From Phoronis australis (taxonomy: Eukaryota; Animalia; Phoronida), in contig NMRA01000023.1 in the NCBI GenBank assembly GCA_002633005.1, forward strand, positions 50,738 to 114,737: 64,000 nt of DNA, read 5' to 3'. The stretch's first letter is position 1; each line of letters starts with the position of its first letter. Positions 23,369 to 36,531 of the stretch are shown here, piece after piece. The notes beneath the pieces are model-generated. The model saw only the letters and a program-made list of their open reading frames with translations, had not been told where the DNA came from and did not search any database. The translations under genes were made by a program, and so were the position numbers.

Positions 23369-25295
23369 AACAGTGAGTGCCAGAATAACGAATTTCTGGA
23401 GTGTTCGCTTAATATTTCTCTGATTATCTTCAACGGAGCCGGGCATCGACAAAAGCTTCCTGTAGGTGTCCATATATTGTAGCTTTAGTGTTTTCGATTG
23501 ACGTACCCAGAATCTAATAAACACTTTTGCGTTTGTCCATATAACGCGAACACCCGGTTTTGGATCTAATAAACACTTGCGTTTGTCCCTATAACGCGAA
23601 CACGCGGTTTTAGATCATGCCGTTATTTCTAAAGGCTTTCTGTAGAAGTCCTAAATGCTCCCTGTAGGTGTCCATATCCTGTACGTGCACTCTTGTTCTT
23701 GTGTTTTTGACCTTTTTATTTCTAGTAATAAAATAACTGAACTAAGACGAAAGAAGGGCAAAATCGGCACTTTTTACACTGAAATCACCACCTTCCTGAC
23801 GATGCTCGACTAGCGCGAACGTTTGATTCAAAAAAATTTTCCTATCCATACCAAAAATGCCCGAAAGCACTATCAACGAACTATTTTTTTCAATTCTGGC
23901 TTGTTTAAAGGCTACCTGAAATCGCGGCCAATTTCTCAGCTGCATCATATCAATGCACAACTGCATCAGGGGGCCACCATCTTGAAGAAGAGAGTAGCTA
24001 CAGCCAAAAACTGGCCTATTTTCATAAAAAATTCAATTTATACAATTAAACCTCTTTTTATGCTCGCGATAATGGCGAATGGATATTTCGGCGTCTCCTT
24101 GGGTCTCTCACATTCGCTGTCAATCTTAAAAATGCTCTGATCAGTTGAGATAACGGTGCTGCAAACGAAAGAACAGAAACGCTATAGAGTTATAATTGTA
24201 TATTGGCTTGAGATACAATGCGTGTCTTTGGCCAACCAACGGTTTTTGTACAATTTGCCACTCACAAATGCAGACAAATTTCAAAATAAATGTACAATGC
24301 TACGAATATGTATATTCGCCCAAACGTTTTTCTCTTGTTACCCATCTTTTCTGTAGGTGACAGGATATCAAAAATTCGAAAAGATTTACATTACTGTTTG
24401 TTTAAAATACAGATATACCACGAATTGTTTTTAAAGCACACGTGATTTTTCTTGCCTGTGCTATATGGCAAGCTGTTATACGTGTATGATCATAAATTTC
24501 CATATTGAAGTTTTAAGACGGGGTTTGTATGCAATTCATCATATGCTTTTTACCTTTTATTCATGGCCATTACTTGTATGGTCTCCTCTACTATCTTCGT
24601 CGATCTGCAATTAACAACACAATTTTACAGTATAACACTTTCTTGATTTTGTCTGAACATCGTGTATGTTATCTTTTCTCTGATTGATTGTATATAATGA
24701 TATTTAGCTTTCTCTTGATTTTGATTGGACAAATATTAAGCTCTTATTAAGGTATTAAAAATTCTTTCGTTTAGTACGTTTACACATTTTTGGAATATCT
24801 TACCAAAACGGTCGTTTCGGTCACCGAATTCAGCGTTGTTTTGGAGCCATATACGTCTACCTCGAGTGCGTGAAATCGCACTTGATCAGACTCTTTGATA
24901 TCAGTTCCAGTTGCGTGAGATCCCCACAATTTGATCTCCGTNGTCCATATAACGCGAACACCCGGTTGAACAGTGGGTGCCAAAATAACGAATTTCTGGA
25001 GCGTTCGTTTAACATTTCTCTGATTATCTTCAACGGAGCCGCCATCGACAAAGACTTCCCGTAGGTGTCCATATATTGTAGCTTTAGTGTTTTCGATTGA
25101 CGTACCCAGAATCTAATAAACACTTTTGCGTTTGTCCATATAACGCGAACACCCGGTTTTGGATCTAATAAACACTTGCGTTTGTCCATATAACGCGAAC
25201 ACCCGGTTTTCGATCATGCCATTATTTTTAAAGGCTTTCTGTAGAAGTCCTAAATGCTACCTGTAGGTGTCCATATCCTGTACGTGCACTCTTGT
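23369..25295. repeat. Pair of ~330-bp direct repeats (23369-23696 and 24969-25295), each with an internal ~50-bp tandem duplication
   Basis: High but imperfect identity; offset about 1600 bp. Confidence 0.9.
24044..24941 (-). pseudogene. Partial inverted copy of the OB-fold-like gene (end of exon 2 to most of exon 5), cut by an N gap
   Basis: Reverse complement of 47086-47961 including introns. Keeps TEIKLWGSHATGTDIKESDQVRFHALEVDVYGSKTTLNSVTETTV, including a stretch deleted from the other copy. Confidence 0.75.
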
Positions 25296-26597
25296 GGGTT
25301 GACGTAGGTAGAATGTGAGGCACATTTTTGCACTTTACAATCAGCGGGAGAAAAGATGCACTATATGTCGTTAAATCAGCTTTTTTAAATCCATCCTGTT
25401 TCCTCAGTATCGTAATTACCAAGCTTTGAAGTAGCACCACGCATACAAATACAAAATTACACTTGAGAAATCGGTTGGCAAGATCGTTGGAATACGTTTT
25501 TGTATACAACCAAATAACAGTATAACAACAAAGATATATCACAGTACATATTTTAACATTAACACAGGATTCATGCCTTTATAATGGTCGTTTGAAGTAC
25601 AATTTAGCGATGCGTTATTATACAAACATTTGTAACTTTCGTACACTATAACCAAATATTAGTGTTACTACAAACACTATAACAACAAAACTGTGTCAGT
25701 CATGTATTCCTAAACTTTATCTACATTTTTTATTATCTAATTCATCCAACTTAAAAATATAAGTAATGATCCATAGAACAATTCAAAGTCTAAACAACTG
25801 ATATAGGTTTAACATAGTTAAAATGGCAAAAAACAAATGCTGTATCACACAAGGTTGACCATGGTAACAAGCATAACGAAGAAATTCTAAAACAACAAAT
25901 GCTATATCTGGCAAAATGTTCCACAGAATACTTGCAGAAACATTTTAGAAGACTTCTTCAAAAATGTGTTGTAGCATTGACTGATCTATGGCTTATGTAC
26001 GGAGAAATTAACTTTGTTCCAAGCATCCTATATGGGTGGCGTAGCACTGACAAAAAGGGGGGTGGGGCTAAAGCCCCCTCAGTCCCCCTGTGCTGCACCG
26101 CCTATAGACCATGTGTGCCGTAGCTCTGAAACAAGTGGGGGAGCTACCCCAATGGTGTGTTGTCCATGTCCCAGTAAATAATACAATAATTCCCACTCCT
26201 CCAAGGCTTCCTGTAGGTCCCATTACAGTACACAAATCATTTTCTTTGTAAACTTGACCACACTCTGCAAACTTAAAATTGTCCTTAACATATATACCAT
26301 CCATATTCAAAAAAAACTTTTACACACTCCAGTTTGGTCACATTTGCAAAGAAAAAGTTCTGTTAGTTTAGACAGACTTGTACTTTTACAATTCTCCCTC
26401 CCCCCAAAAATATCCTCGATTTTATTACTCCCAAAAGAAGGGAGCATTTGCCAAAGCAATCAGCAAATAATAGAGTATTAAATTTAGTGCTTCACAGTCT
26501 GCTGAAAATTCATAACAATTAGTACTTCAGTAATTAAATCTTTGCAATCTAATGAAAAAATATACAAAAATTTAATTGAAAGAACAAGAAATTTTTA

Positions 26598-28430
26598 TCT
26601 ACTTACTTCCATTTGGTACTGACCACAATTTAATTTCGTGGCCAGATAATAATAATAATAATAGTAGTAATGATAAATTAAATAGAAATGACGTGACTTT
26701 GGCAGATTTGCATATAATATATCTTGTACTATGCCTGTCGTTTACATGACGAGAGTTCGTCACATTGCATCATGATCACAATAATAGACATCCTGTATTA
26801 CGGCATGTACCTCTTCATTGTAATGTTTCCCTGATGAAGCCTAGTGACCACAAATATACAAAAATGTTTATCCAAATAACAAAAAATTATGTACATACTT
26901 CCATTTGGTACTGACCACAATTTCATTTCGTGGCCAGATAATAATAATAATAATAATGATAATAATAATAATAGTAATGATAAATTAAATAGAAATGACG
27001 TGACTTTGGCAGGTTTGCAATATGCTAGCTCATAAATATTCAATTTAGAGTTAATAGTAGACAGTGCAGGATAAAAGTATGTAATTCCTCATGTTTATAT
27101 AGAAAATGTGCTGAAATGTAACAGCAAGAACATTTAATGGTGCACTGCTTTAGATTAGTCCATCCTTGCTGATGTGTAATCATGAAGTGTGGAATCTGCA
27201 ATATAAAACAGATTTCAATATTCCGAGTCACATCGTATGTCATACTTTGTGCCATATCTTATTTCAAACACTGTATCATATCTTGTGTAATATCTGATGT
27301 CATAATGTCTATCGTATCTAGTCTTGTAATCTATGTTAGCTTTATAACATTTTGCGACATATCCTCTTCTATACATTGTATGAAATGACATTTGCTTGTA
27401 TGGTATCATTTAACATGTCACCCTGTGTAAAATACTGTGTCATATTTCAGGAACAGCTATAACATCTTGATGATAACATGCCCAATTTTCTTTCATTATA
27501 TCTTATGCCATACCCTCTATTATATCTAGTATCATATTCTGTAATATGCCTGTCACTTACATGATAACAGTTCATTACATTGCATCATGATCACAATAAT
27601 AGACATCACGTATTACTGAATGTATCTTTTCACTGTAAAATGTTTCCCTGATGAAGACTAATGACCAAAAATATACAGAAATGTTTATCCAAATAACAAA
27701 AAAAGATCTACACACTTTCATTTGGTGCTGACCACAATTTCATTTCTTGGCAAGATAACAATAATATGGAATGCAATGTTTCATATACCCTGTCATATCT
27801 CAGAACATCCTGTATCATTACATGCCCAATCTTCTATCATTATATCTTATGCCATACCCTCTATTATATCTAGTATCATATTCTGTAATATGCCTGTCAC
27901 TTCCATGATAACAGTTCATTACATTGCATCACGATCACAATAATAGGCATCACGTATTACTGAATGTATCTTTTCATTGTAAAATGTTTCCCTGATGAAG
28001 ACTAATGACCAAAAATATACGGAAATGTTTATCCAAATAACAAAAAAATTATCTACACACTTTCATTTGGTACTGACCACAATTTCATTTCTTGGCAAGA
28101 TAACAATAATATGGAATGCAATGTTTCATATACCCTGTCATATCTCAGAACATCCTGTATCATTACATGCCCAATCTTCTTTCATTATATCTTATGCCAT
28201 ACCCTCTAATATATCTTGTACTATGCCTGTCGTTTACATGACGAGAGTTCGTCACATTGCATCATGATCACAATAATAGACATCCTGTATTACGGAATGT
28301 ACCTCTTCATTGTAATGTTTCCCTGATGAAGCCTAGTGACCACAAATATACAAACATGTTTATCCAAATAACAAAAAAATTATGTACATACTTCCATTTG
28401 GTACTGACCACAATTTCATTTCGTGGCCAG

Positions 28431-28463
<33 letters not shown>

Positions 28464-30172
28464 GTAATGATAAATTAAATAGAATTGGCGTGACTTTGGC
28501 AGGTTTGCAATATGCTAGCTCATAAATATTCAATTTAGAGTTAATAGTAGACAGTGCAGGATAAATGTATGTAATTCGTTATGCTTATTTAGAAAACGTG
28601 CTGGAAAGTAACAGAAAGAACAATTAATGGCGCACTGCTTTAGATTAGTCCATCCTAGCTGATGTGATATCATGAAGTGAGGAATCTGCAATATAAAACA
28701 GATTTCAATATTCCGAGTCACATCGTATGTCATACTTTGTGCCATATCTTATTTCAAACACTGTATCTTATCTTGTGTGATATCTGATGTCGTAATGTCT
28801 ATCGTATCTAGTCTTGTAATTTATGTTAGCTTTATCACATTTTGCGACATATCCTATTCTATACATTGTATGAAATGACATTTGCTTGTATGGTATCATT
28901 TAACATGTCACCCTGTGTAATATACTGTGTCATATTTCAGGAACAACTATTACATCTTGATGATAACATGCCCAATTTTCTTTCATTATATCTTATGCCA
29001 TACTCTCTATTATATCTAGTATCATATTCTATACTATGCCTGCCACTTACATGATAACAGTTCATTACATTGCATCATGATCACAATAATAGACATCACG
29101 TATTCCTGAATGTATCTTTTCACTGTAAAATGTTTCCCTGGTGAAGCCTAATGACCAAAAATATACAGAAATGTTTATCCAAATAACAAAAAATATCTAC
29201 ATACTTTCATTTGGTACTGACCACAATTTCATTTCTTGGCAAGATAACAATAATATGGAATGCAATGTGTCATATACCCTCTCATATCTCAGAACATCCT
29301 TTATCATTACATGCCCAATCTTCTTTTATTATATCTTATGCCATACCCTCTAATATATCTAGTATCATATTCTGTACTATGCCTGTCACATGATGACAGT
29401 TCGTGACATTGCATCATGATCACAATAATAGACATCACGTATTACTGAATGCATCTCTTCACTGTAACATGTTTCCCTGATGAAGCCTAATGACCAAAAA
29501 TATACCAAATTGTTTATCCAAATAACAAAAAATATGTACATCCTTCCATTGGTATTGACTATAATTGCATTTCTTGGTGAGATAATAATAATAATAAATT
29601 AACTAGAAGTGACGTGACTTTAGCAGGTTTCCATTATGATAGCTCATAAATATTCAATTAGGAGTTAACAGTAGACAGTACAGGGTAAAAATATGTCATT
29701 CCTCATGCTTATATGGAAAACGTGCTAAAATTTAAAAGCAAGAACATTTAATGGTGTACTGCTTTATATTAGCCCATCCTTGCTGAATTACACCCATGAA
29801 ATGAGTAATCTGCAACATAAAACATCTTTTAATATTCTGAGTCACATCTTATGTCATACCTTGTGCCATATCTCATTTCAAACACTGTATCATATCTTGT
29901 GTAATATATGATGTCATAATGTCTATAGTATCCAGTCTTGTAATCTATGTTAGGTTTATCACATTCTGCGACATATCCTGTTCTATACATTGTATGAAAT
30001 GACATTATTTCTGTATGATATCATTCATCATGTCATCCTGTGTCATATACCGTGTCATATCTCAGGAACAACTATAACAACCTGTATCGTAACATGCCCA
30101 ATCTTCTTTCATTATATCTCATGCCATACCATGTAATACCTCCAGTATCATACTCTGTACTATGCCTGTCAC
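26598..30172 (-). repeat. Composite tandem array (long units ~783-815 bp, short units ~333-344 bp) containing six decayed copies of the Helentron ORF 3' end
   Basis: Anchor tatgcctg at 26730, 27545, 27889, 28222, 29035, 29378 and 30161 (the last is the real ORF end). Each anchor is followed by gcatcatgatcacaataatagacatc, homologous to the DVYYSDHDA codons. Confidence 0.9.
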
Positions 30173-33100
30173 TTACATAGGAACTGTCCATAACACGGCA
30201 TCGTGATCAGAATAATAGACATCACGTATTATTGTAAGTACCTTTTCACTGTATAATGTTTCCCGGTTAAAGTATACATGATCTATCAGTGAACCAGAAT
30301 CAATTGTTGCTGTGGTTATCATCTGCCCAAATCCATAACTCTTCATTAATGTTGTCAGTAACGTATCTTTAGTGTCGAGGAGGTTGTCATTAAAATCACC
30401 CAGTATAACGGTTGGTACATGCTCTGGTAATTTTATTAAGAAGGACTCTAAGTGTTCCACAAACAGTCTACATGTATACGATGAGCTTGGACTACGATAA
30501 ATCGCTACAACTACAAGACGACCGAGTTGTGTTTTGACAACAATTGCCTTATACTCAAAGCAAGACAAACTGAGTGATGGAAATATTTCTGTAGGCTGTA
30601 GCTTGGATGATGCACAGATTAGAATTCCATGACTTTTTCTTTGGTCAATGGTGCTAGAAACATCAGATCTAAAAGCTACATAAGAATGACTTTTTAAGAA
30701 CTCATCAATGCAGTCACCTTGTGAAAGATAAGTCTCTGTAAAACACATGATATCAACATAGTTGTAAAACTCTTTCTCGAAACTGCTCATCAAGTCTTTC
30801 TGTTTTTGCAACAAATAATGAATGTTCAAATGACCAATAGCAAGAACTGAGTCTTTCAAAAGATCATTTTCAGTGAAACACATACTGTGCATGTCCTTCA
30901 TTTCAGCAGCAACTTTAGAATATGTCTTTATCCCTCTAGGGTCAAACTGTGTAACATACAACCCCTCAAGTGACTTAACTCTACTAAATGCTACATATGC
31001 TTGTCCACTAATGAACTTGTTGGCCCCTTTCATACACACAACTATTTCATCCATTGTCAGTACTTGACATTTGTGAATCGTAACAGCCCATGCCAAAGTC
31101 AGAGGAAACTGTAAACGAGACACTTGTGCACTTTTTATTCCACCTTTTTCAAATTTAGATTCATGTCTCATGATGGGAACAGCATCGGGATATTTAAGTT
31201 TCCATTGACCTGATGCAATAGCTTTTCTTCCAACTTCAGTATTGTCAAATTTAACAAGTACAGTTATAACTCTTTCATCATTCCCTTTCTCAATTCCATC
31301 TACAACACCAATAACACCGTTAACGAGCCCATCTGAAGTGTCAACATTATAAATCAATATCACTCTGGCACCATTGCAAATTTCCAATACAGAATGTAAA
31401 CCACCAGTTTCTGAACGTTTCAATGTTTTGTGGATGTGGTCTAAATCAAGTAATCTGGTATTGTCTTTCTTGTTATCAATAGCTGGGATTTTAATTCGGT
31501 TTTTCTCATCAGGTTCAATGCTACAAAGTCTTTTCTTATTCCAGTTGTCAACATCGTCATTTCGAGCAAAGACATGTAGTGCATGATACGGATAATTAGA
31601 AGAATACTCATCAAGTTGCCTAGAACGTAAAACAGCAATATCATCGTCCGTATGGTTTCCAAGTCGTACACGGCAAAGAAGTTCAGCAAAATGTTGGTCA
31701 CCCCTTTGTCTCATTACCTCACTCAGTTCATGCAACATAAAATGGTCCTTCCACAATGATCCATACAAATTAGCAAGTGGGTTTCTGACTGGTTCATAGA
31801 TATGAGATTGACAAACAGGTGGCAGTTGGTATAAGTCACCTACAGCCAAGATACTAACATTGCCGAACAAGCACGAGTCATCACATGGTCCCCTTATTTC
31901 TGTAAGTCTTCTGTGGATGTTCAGTAACATGTCTGAGCCAACCATTGATATTTCATCTATAACTAATAGTTGCAAATTTTCAAGTTTAGAACGCAGCGTG
32001 TTCAAGTTTTCAAAAGTTAGTGCATCGCCGTGTTGTCCATATTTTGAAGTACGTAATAGCAGTGCTGAATGAATAGTCATTCCTCCGATATTAAAGGCTG
32101 CTACACCAGTTGGCGCTGTTACCAATGTAACAATATCTGCTGGCTTAAATTGTCGTGACAAAGATAAAAACTTTTTTGTATCAGATTGTATAAGTCGTAT
32201 CACATGACTTTTACCTACACCACCAGGGCCACTAAGAAATATTCTATATGGCTTTGGCTGTTCATTTTGCTTAACAGACTTAACAGCATATTTGCACCAC
32301 TGCATGTGATATAACACAATTTGACGTTGTTTTTCATTTAGACTAGCCATCATATTGCGATATTCTTGGGGAGTTAAACAGTCACGATTTTCTTCAATGC
32401 CATATCTAGCCACAAGGTCAGATGCATACTCAGCTAACGGTCTTTCAAACATGACAGCATTGGCGTCTAGATCTTCTTGTTTTATTTCCCTCTCAATATC
32501 TAAAACCTCATTCTGTGCCTGTAAATTCTCATGTTCAACTCCTGGTGCAAGTAATTCCCAAACGTGTTGAGGACCCCCATTGTGTGCATTTTGATCAAGG
32601 GCTTGTTCGATAAGTTCAGCATTATGTGAAAATTTCTGTTCATTTTGATAAATCAGTTGTGACACAGCATTGTAATGTGAATGATAATCATCGAAATTAG
32701 CTTTAAGGTCTATTTCTTCATTTCGCCATGGGAGGTATAACATAAGTTTCGCACGGTAGAAATTGCTTGGTTCTTTATTCATGTTGTGCTTACGAAATCG
32801 TATAACAGCAGTTTTTCTCCTCCTGTGCATTGAACCTTTACTATTCTTCAGTTTTATCTTCTTAAGTAATGACAGAGGGACATCAATTTCTTCTTCTTGC
32901 AAAATATCTGGTAAACTATCGTTATTATCATCATCATATTCTTTGTACGTTCTTGTGTAACTAGCAGCAAATTCAGCCAGACACAGATTTTCAAGACTGT
33001 CTGGCCTACATTCATAACGATCAATCATACTGGTCTGAAAAATGTCAACGTTATCATCCTCCAATTTATCAAGTTGCACTTTATCTTTCAGAACTGCAAT

Positions 33101-33527
33101 TCGTGAAGGTTTTAGATCTGTGTTGACAAAAACAACTTTTCGACTTGAACGTTTTAAAGGCATAGACAAAATGCGGTAAACAGCTTCCTGTGCACTGATT
33201 TCACGATGGTTTAAAAACACAGATCCAAGTTTTCTGAGCCCTGAGCAAATGTCATTATCTCTCATTTCTTTACAGGCTTGTTTCAACAATTCACCCATTC
33301 CTCTTTCATTTTTGGTCACATATGCAGCAACATACATGACACAACCATAAGGATCCAGGATATATTGCAAGTCCAAATTCGCTTTAAGAATGGTCGGATT
33401 ATAAGCATTGACCTTTTGCTCGGAAGGTGTTCGTTCTAAAATAACATTACAACCTTTCTTTGAAAGTGCTAAAGCTTCCATGTACTTTTCAACCGTTGTG
33501 TTAGCACATTCACAAACTTCAGTCAAA
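30173..33527 (-). CDS. Helentron PIF1-family SF1B helicase and C-terminal APE/EEP endonuclease
   Basis: GPGGVGKS, APTGVAA, IDEISMV, GDLYQLPPV, EVMRQ, TIHKCQ, YVAFSRV; EEP motifs HLNI, FTETYL, IYRSP, GDFN, IDHVY, SDH. Confidence 0.93.
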
Positions 33528-33916
33528 NATGTCAACGTTATCATCCTCCAATTTATCAAGTTGCACTTTATCTTTCAGAACTGCAATTCGTGAAGGTTTT
33601 AGATCTGTGTTGATCCAAGTTTTCTGAGCCCTGAGCAAATGTCATTATCTCTCATTTCTTTACAGGCTTGTTTCAACAATTCACCCATTCCTCTTTCATT
33701 TTGGTCACATATGCAGCAACATACATGACACAACCATAAGGATCCAGGATATATTGCAAGTCCAAATTCGCTTTAAGAATGGTCGGATTATAAGCATTGA
33801 CCTTTTGCTCGGAAGGTGTTCGTTCTAAAATAACATTACAACCTTTCTTTGAAAGTGCTAAAGCTTCCATGTACTTTTCAACCGTTGTGTTAGCACATTC
33901 ACAAACTTCAGTCAAA
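33528..33916. other. Probable assembly artefact: duplicated Helentron sequence at a single-N join
   Basis: After the N, the sequence repeats about 33042-33124 and then 33222-33527 almost identically, differing only by homopolymer indels. Confidence 0.75.
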
Positions 33917-36501
33917 GACATATCAGTTGAAGTGTCACTTTCTAGAACATTTTGCACTGATAAAAGAATTTGTTTGGCATCTTCCAGTTTAGCGATAGTA
34001 TCCTCAGTATTTGGTTCTCTTGCAATAATAGTAGCTGCACTCGGTGGTCTAGGATATTTGAATCTGCATGAGCCTTTTTTTCTACAGTATGGCGAGTGGC
34101 TGTGCACTTGTAAGTTTTCCACGAGATCTAGTAGTGTATCATCGTCTTCAGGAGGAGCACAAGTGATATATTTACTAATAAACGAACAAACTTCCTCATC
34201 AGTTTGTTCATTGATCTTTGGCGCATTTTTAATCCATAACAGAATGTGTGCATGTGGTGACCCACGAGCTTGAAATTCTATACGTGAAACGTAATCAGTG
34301 ATTTCTCCTAATGGATGAACATTTGATAAAAGAACATCTCGGAAAAACAAGTCAAGTCTGTACTGAAAGTGCCGGGCAGCAGTCACAGGATTACATCGCA
34401 ACCACTTTGAACGTTCAGTAAATGACAAATTCTTAACATCTTCATCACTAAACACTGTACCATACTGTCTAGCTATTAGCTGGATTGTGTCGCACCATCT
34501 AGTATCTGCAGCAATCAATGTTAAAAACATATTGGGAATGTTCTTCTGTCTTATCATAGCAAGAACGTCATAAAACAGTGTCTGGTAATAAGCAGGCGAT
34601 CCTCTAATATTTTTCAATATTTTGTACGCATTATCTGCCTTAATCATTTCATTCATCTGCTTTACATTTTTAACAAGTCCAGCATTTATTTCATAACCTT
34701 GGAATTGTCTGCCAGATGCTCTACGAAATATAATGTGATTGATGTCAGAGTTCACTTGTTTGCTTTCAGTGGCATACTGAGCACTTAGCAGATATTCAAT
34801 TGATTGAGCAAATCTACCATCGCTATCAAGGAGCCGTTGATTAAAATAGCGTCTGGGATGCAACTTAACAGATCTATCAGCCGTTAAAGCATATTTACCT
34901 GTAGGGTATAGGTTCGGGTATGCTAATTCTTCAAAAAATTTATCACTTAGTAAAGGTTTTGGTTTTTCACCCTCTCCAGGAGCAACATGAATCTCTTTCC
35001 CAGAAAAATCAGGATTTTCTTCAATCATACTAGTTTCAAGTGGCAAGCCACAATCATTTGATTTTTTGAAAAATGCTGCATTGTCTTCTGCCTGAACATT
35101 TGCATCTTCACTACAGTCATCATTATCTTTATCATCATCATGAACATCAGATACTGCAAGAACAGGAATATTACCAGTAATACACTCTTCGCAAGCAGCT
35201 TTCGCTAATAGTGTCACGTTGTCATTGTTATTGACATTTTCTAACAGAATGACATAATGGCTCTGTGCAATCAAGCCTAAATGAAACTCATTTTCAGTGC
35301 TATATCTGGAACACACTTCATCAACATGATCACCTAAGGTAGTATGAACAAAGACCTTCAAAGAAAACATATCTGACATTGCTTGCAAAATAATGTGATC
35401 ACCCCACTGGTTACCATGTTCTAATGCATCTAAATATCTCACCAATCTGATCTCCCTTTGGGTATCATTGTCTGCAATCAATTGTATAAATTCATCCTCA
35501 CGAGTTGGCTGCTCCGTGTCAGCATTACTCATGTCGTTTGACAAAATACGATAACATACAAAATCTTTGTAAAGTCCTGCATTATGTAACATATGCGAGG
35601 CAATTTGCTTTCTTAACTCGTTTGGTTGTATGGAAATTACACCAAGTCTATTCAAATGGTAGCACACAGCAGAAAATAAACAGTTTCCATCACCAGGAAC
35701 ATCTATCATAGTCATACCATTCATTTGGGCAAGACTATTTACAATATCATTATTTTGATACACAGAACCTGACTGACCATTACTACATGTCATAGCTTCC
35801 CACAAGTTAATATCATCACTTTGTGCTTGTTCAACCCAGTTGTCATTAATGCATGCGTCTGAATAATGAGGATTGTGTTCCTTGAGCCAACGTAATGCTG
35901 CCAAAACTTTTGATGGATCCACATAGTCATACATATAGTAAGACGTGTATATTTTGCGTCGGTTGAATTTCAACGGCACAAGATGGCATTGTGATGGCAA
36001 TCTGGGAAATAATTCACAAACTGTGTCAAGCTTAGAGGGTACATTTACGGCAGGTCCGTGGATCCCGTGTTGTTTTCCACGAGGCAAACCAACCATTTTC
36101 ATGAACGGTATTCTTTGTGATATCAGTCTCAGCTCAAGTTCATTAAGATTTTTGAGTTCTGCTGGTTGAGAATCAAGTAGTAAATTATTTGCCTTCGACT
36201 GACTGGGCATTTTCCCACACTTCAGAGCATAATGACAAGTTCTACATAACCATTCATTACCATCAAAAGATAATTTTCTGTGTAGTAGAACAGATTGCAC
36301 CATATCTGAGTTCATTGTTGTATACTGTTCTGGCTTCAACAAAATAACCGAATGTCTATACAACAAGCGATGACAAGAGCAGCAAATGTGATCAGGTTCA
36401 TGGCGAACATTCTTGAAAAAATTATTGAAAATCCTTTCGGTAGTAGGAATCATTGATTTTCTTTTAAGGGACCTTTTCTTTTGATAACACAATCGTTTCA
36501 T
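33673..36501 (-). CDS. Helentron Zn finger/DUF6570-like region, OTU-like cysteine protease and HUH/Y2 Rep initiator
   Basis: CCSCHR...CRTCH; OTU DVPGDGNCLFSAV...WGDHIILQAM...QSHY; Rep IRGSPAY, FLTL, RIEFQARGSPHAHILLW, YVAAYVTK. Confidence 0.92.
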   Translation of the reverse strand: MKRLCYQKKRSLKRKSMIPTTERIFNNFFKNVRHEPDHICCSCHRLLYRHSVILLKPEQYTTMNSDMVQSVLLHRKLSFDGNEWLCRTCHYALKCGKMPSQSKANNLLLDSQPAELKNLNELELRLISQRIPFMKMVGLPRGKQHGIHGPAVNVPSKLDTVCELFPRLPSQCHLVPLKFNRRKIYTSYYMYDYVDPSKVLAALRWLKEHNPHYSDACINDNWVEQAQSDDINLWEAMTCSNGQSGSVYQNNDIVNSLAQMNGMTMIDVPGDGNCLFSAVCYHLNRLGVISIQPNELRKQIASHMLHNAGLYKDFVCYRILSNDMSNADTEQPTREDEFIQLIADNDTQREIRLVRYLDALEHGNQWGDHIILQAMSDMFSLKVFVHTTLGDHVDEVCSRYSTENEFHLGLIAQSHYVILLENVNNNDNVTLLAKAACEECITGNIPVLAVSDVHDDDKDNDDCSEDANVQAEDNAAFFKKSNDCGLPLETSMIEENPDFSGKEIHVAPGEGEKPKPLLSDKFFEELAYPNLYPTGKYALTADRSVKLHPRRYFNQRLLDSDGRFAQSIEYLLSAQYATESKQVNSDINHIIFRRASGRQFQGYEINAGLVKNVKQMNEMIKADNAYKILKNIRGSPAYYQTLFYDVLAMIRQKNIPNMFLTLIAADTRWCDTIQLIARQYGTVFSDEDVKNLSFTERSKWLRCNPVTAARHFQYRLDLFFRDVLLSNVHPLGEITDYVSRIEFQARGSPHAHILLWIKNAPKINEQTDEEVCSFISKYITCAPPEDDDTLLDLVENLQVHSHSPYCRKKGSCRFKYPRPPSAATIIAREPNTEDTIAKLEDAKQILLSVQNVLESDTSTDMSLTEVCECANTTVEKYMEALALSKKGCNVILERTPSEQKVNAYNPTILKANLDLQYILDPYGCVMYVAAYVTKMKEEWVNC

Positions 36502-36531
36502 TCTTTTTTCTGGCGTTTCATTTGCACGGGA

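Noticed and set aside
26798-29393. Many 60-90 aa ORFs in the array (MAQSMTYDV..., MVLTTISFLGK...)
   Set aside because: They recur only because the DNA is repeated, and they lack domains.
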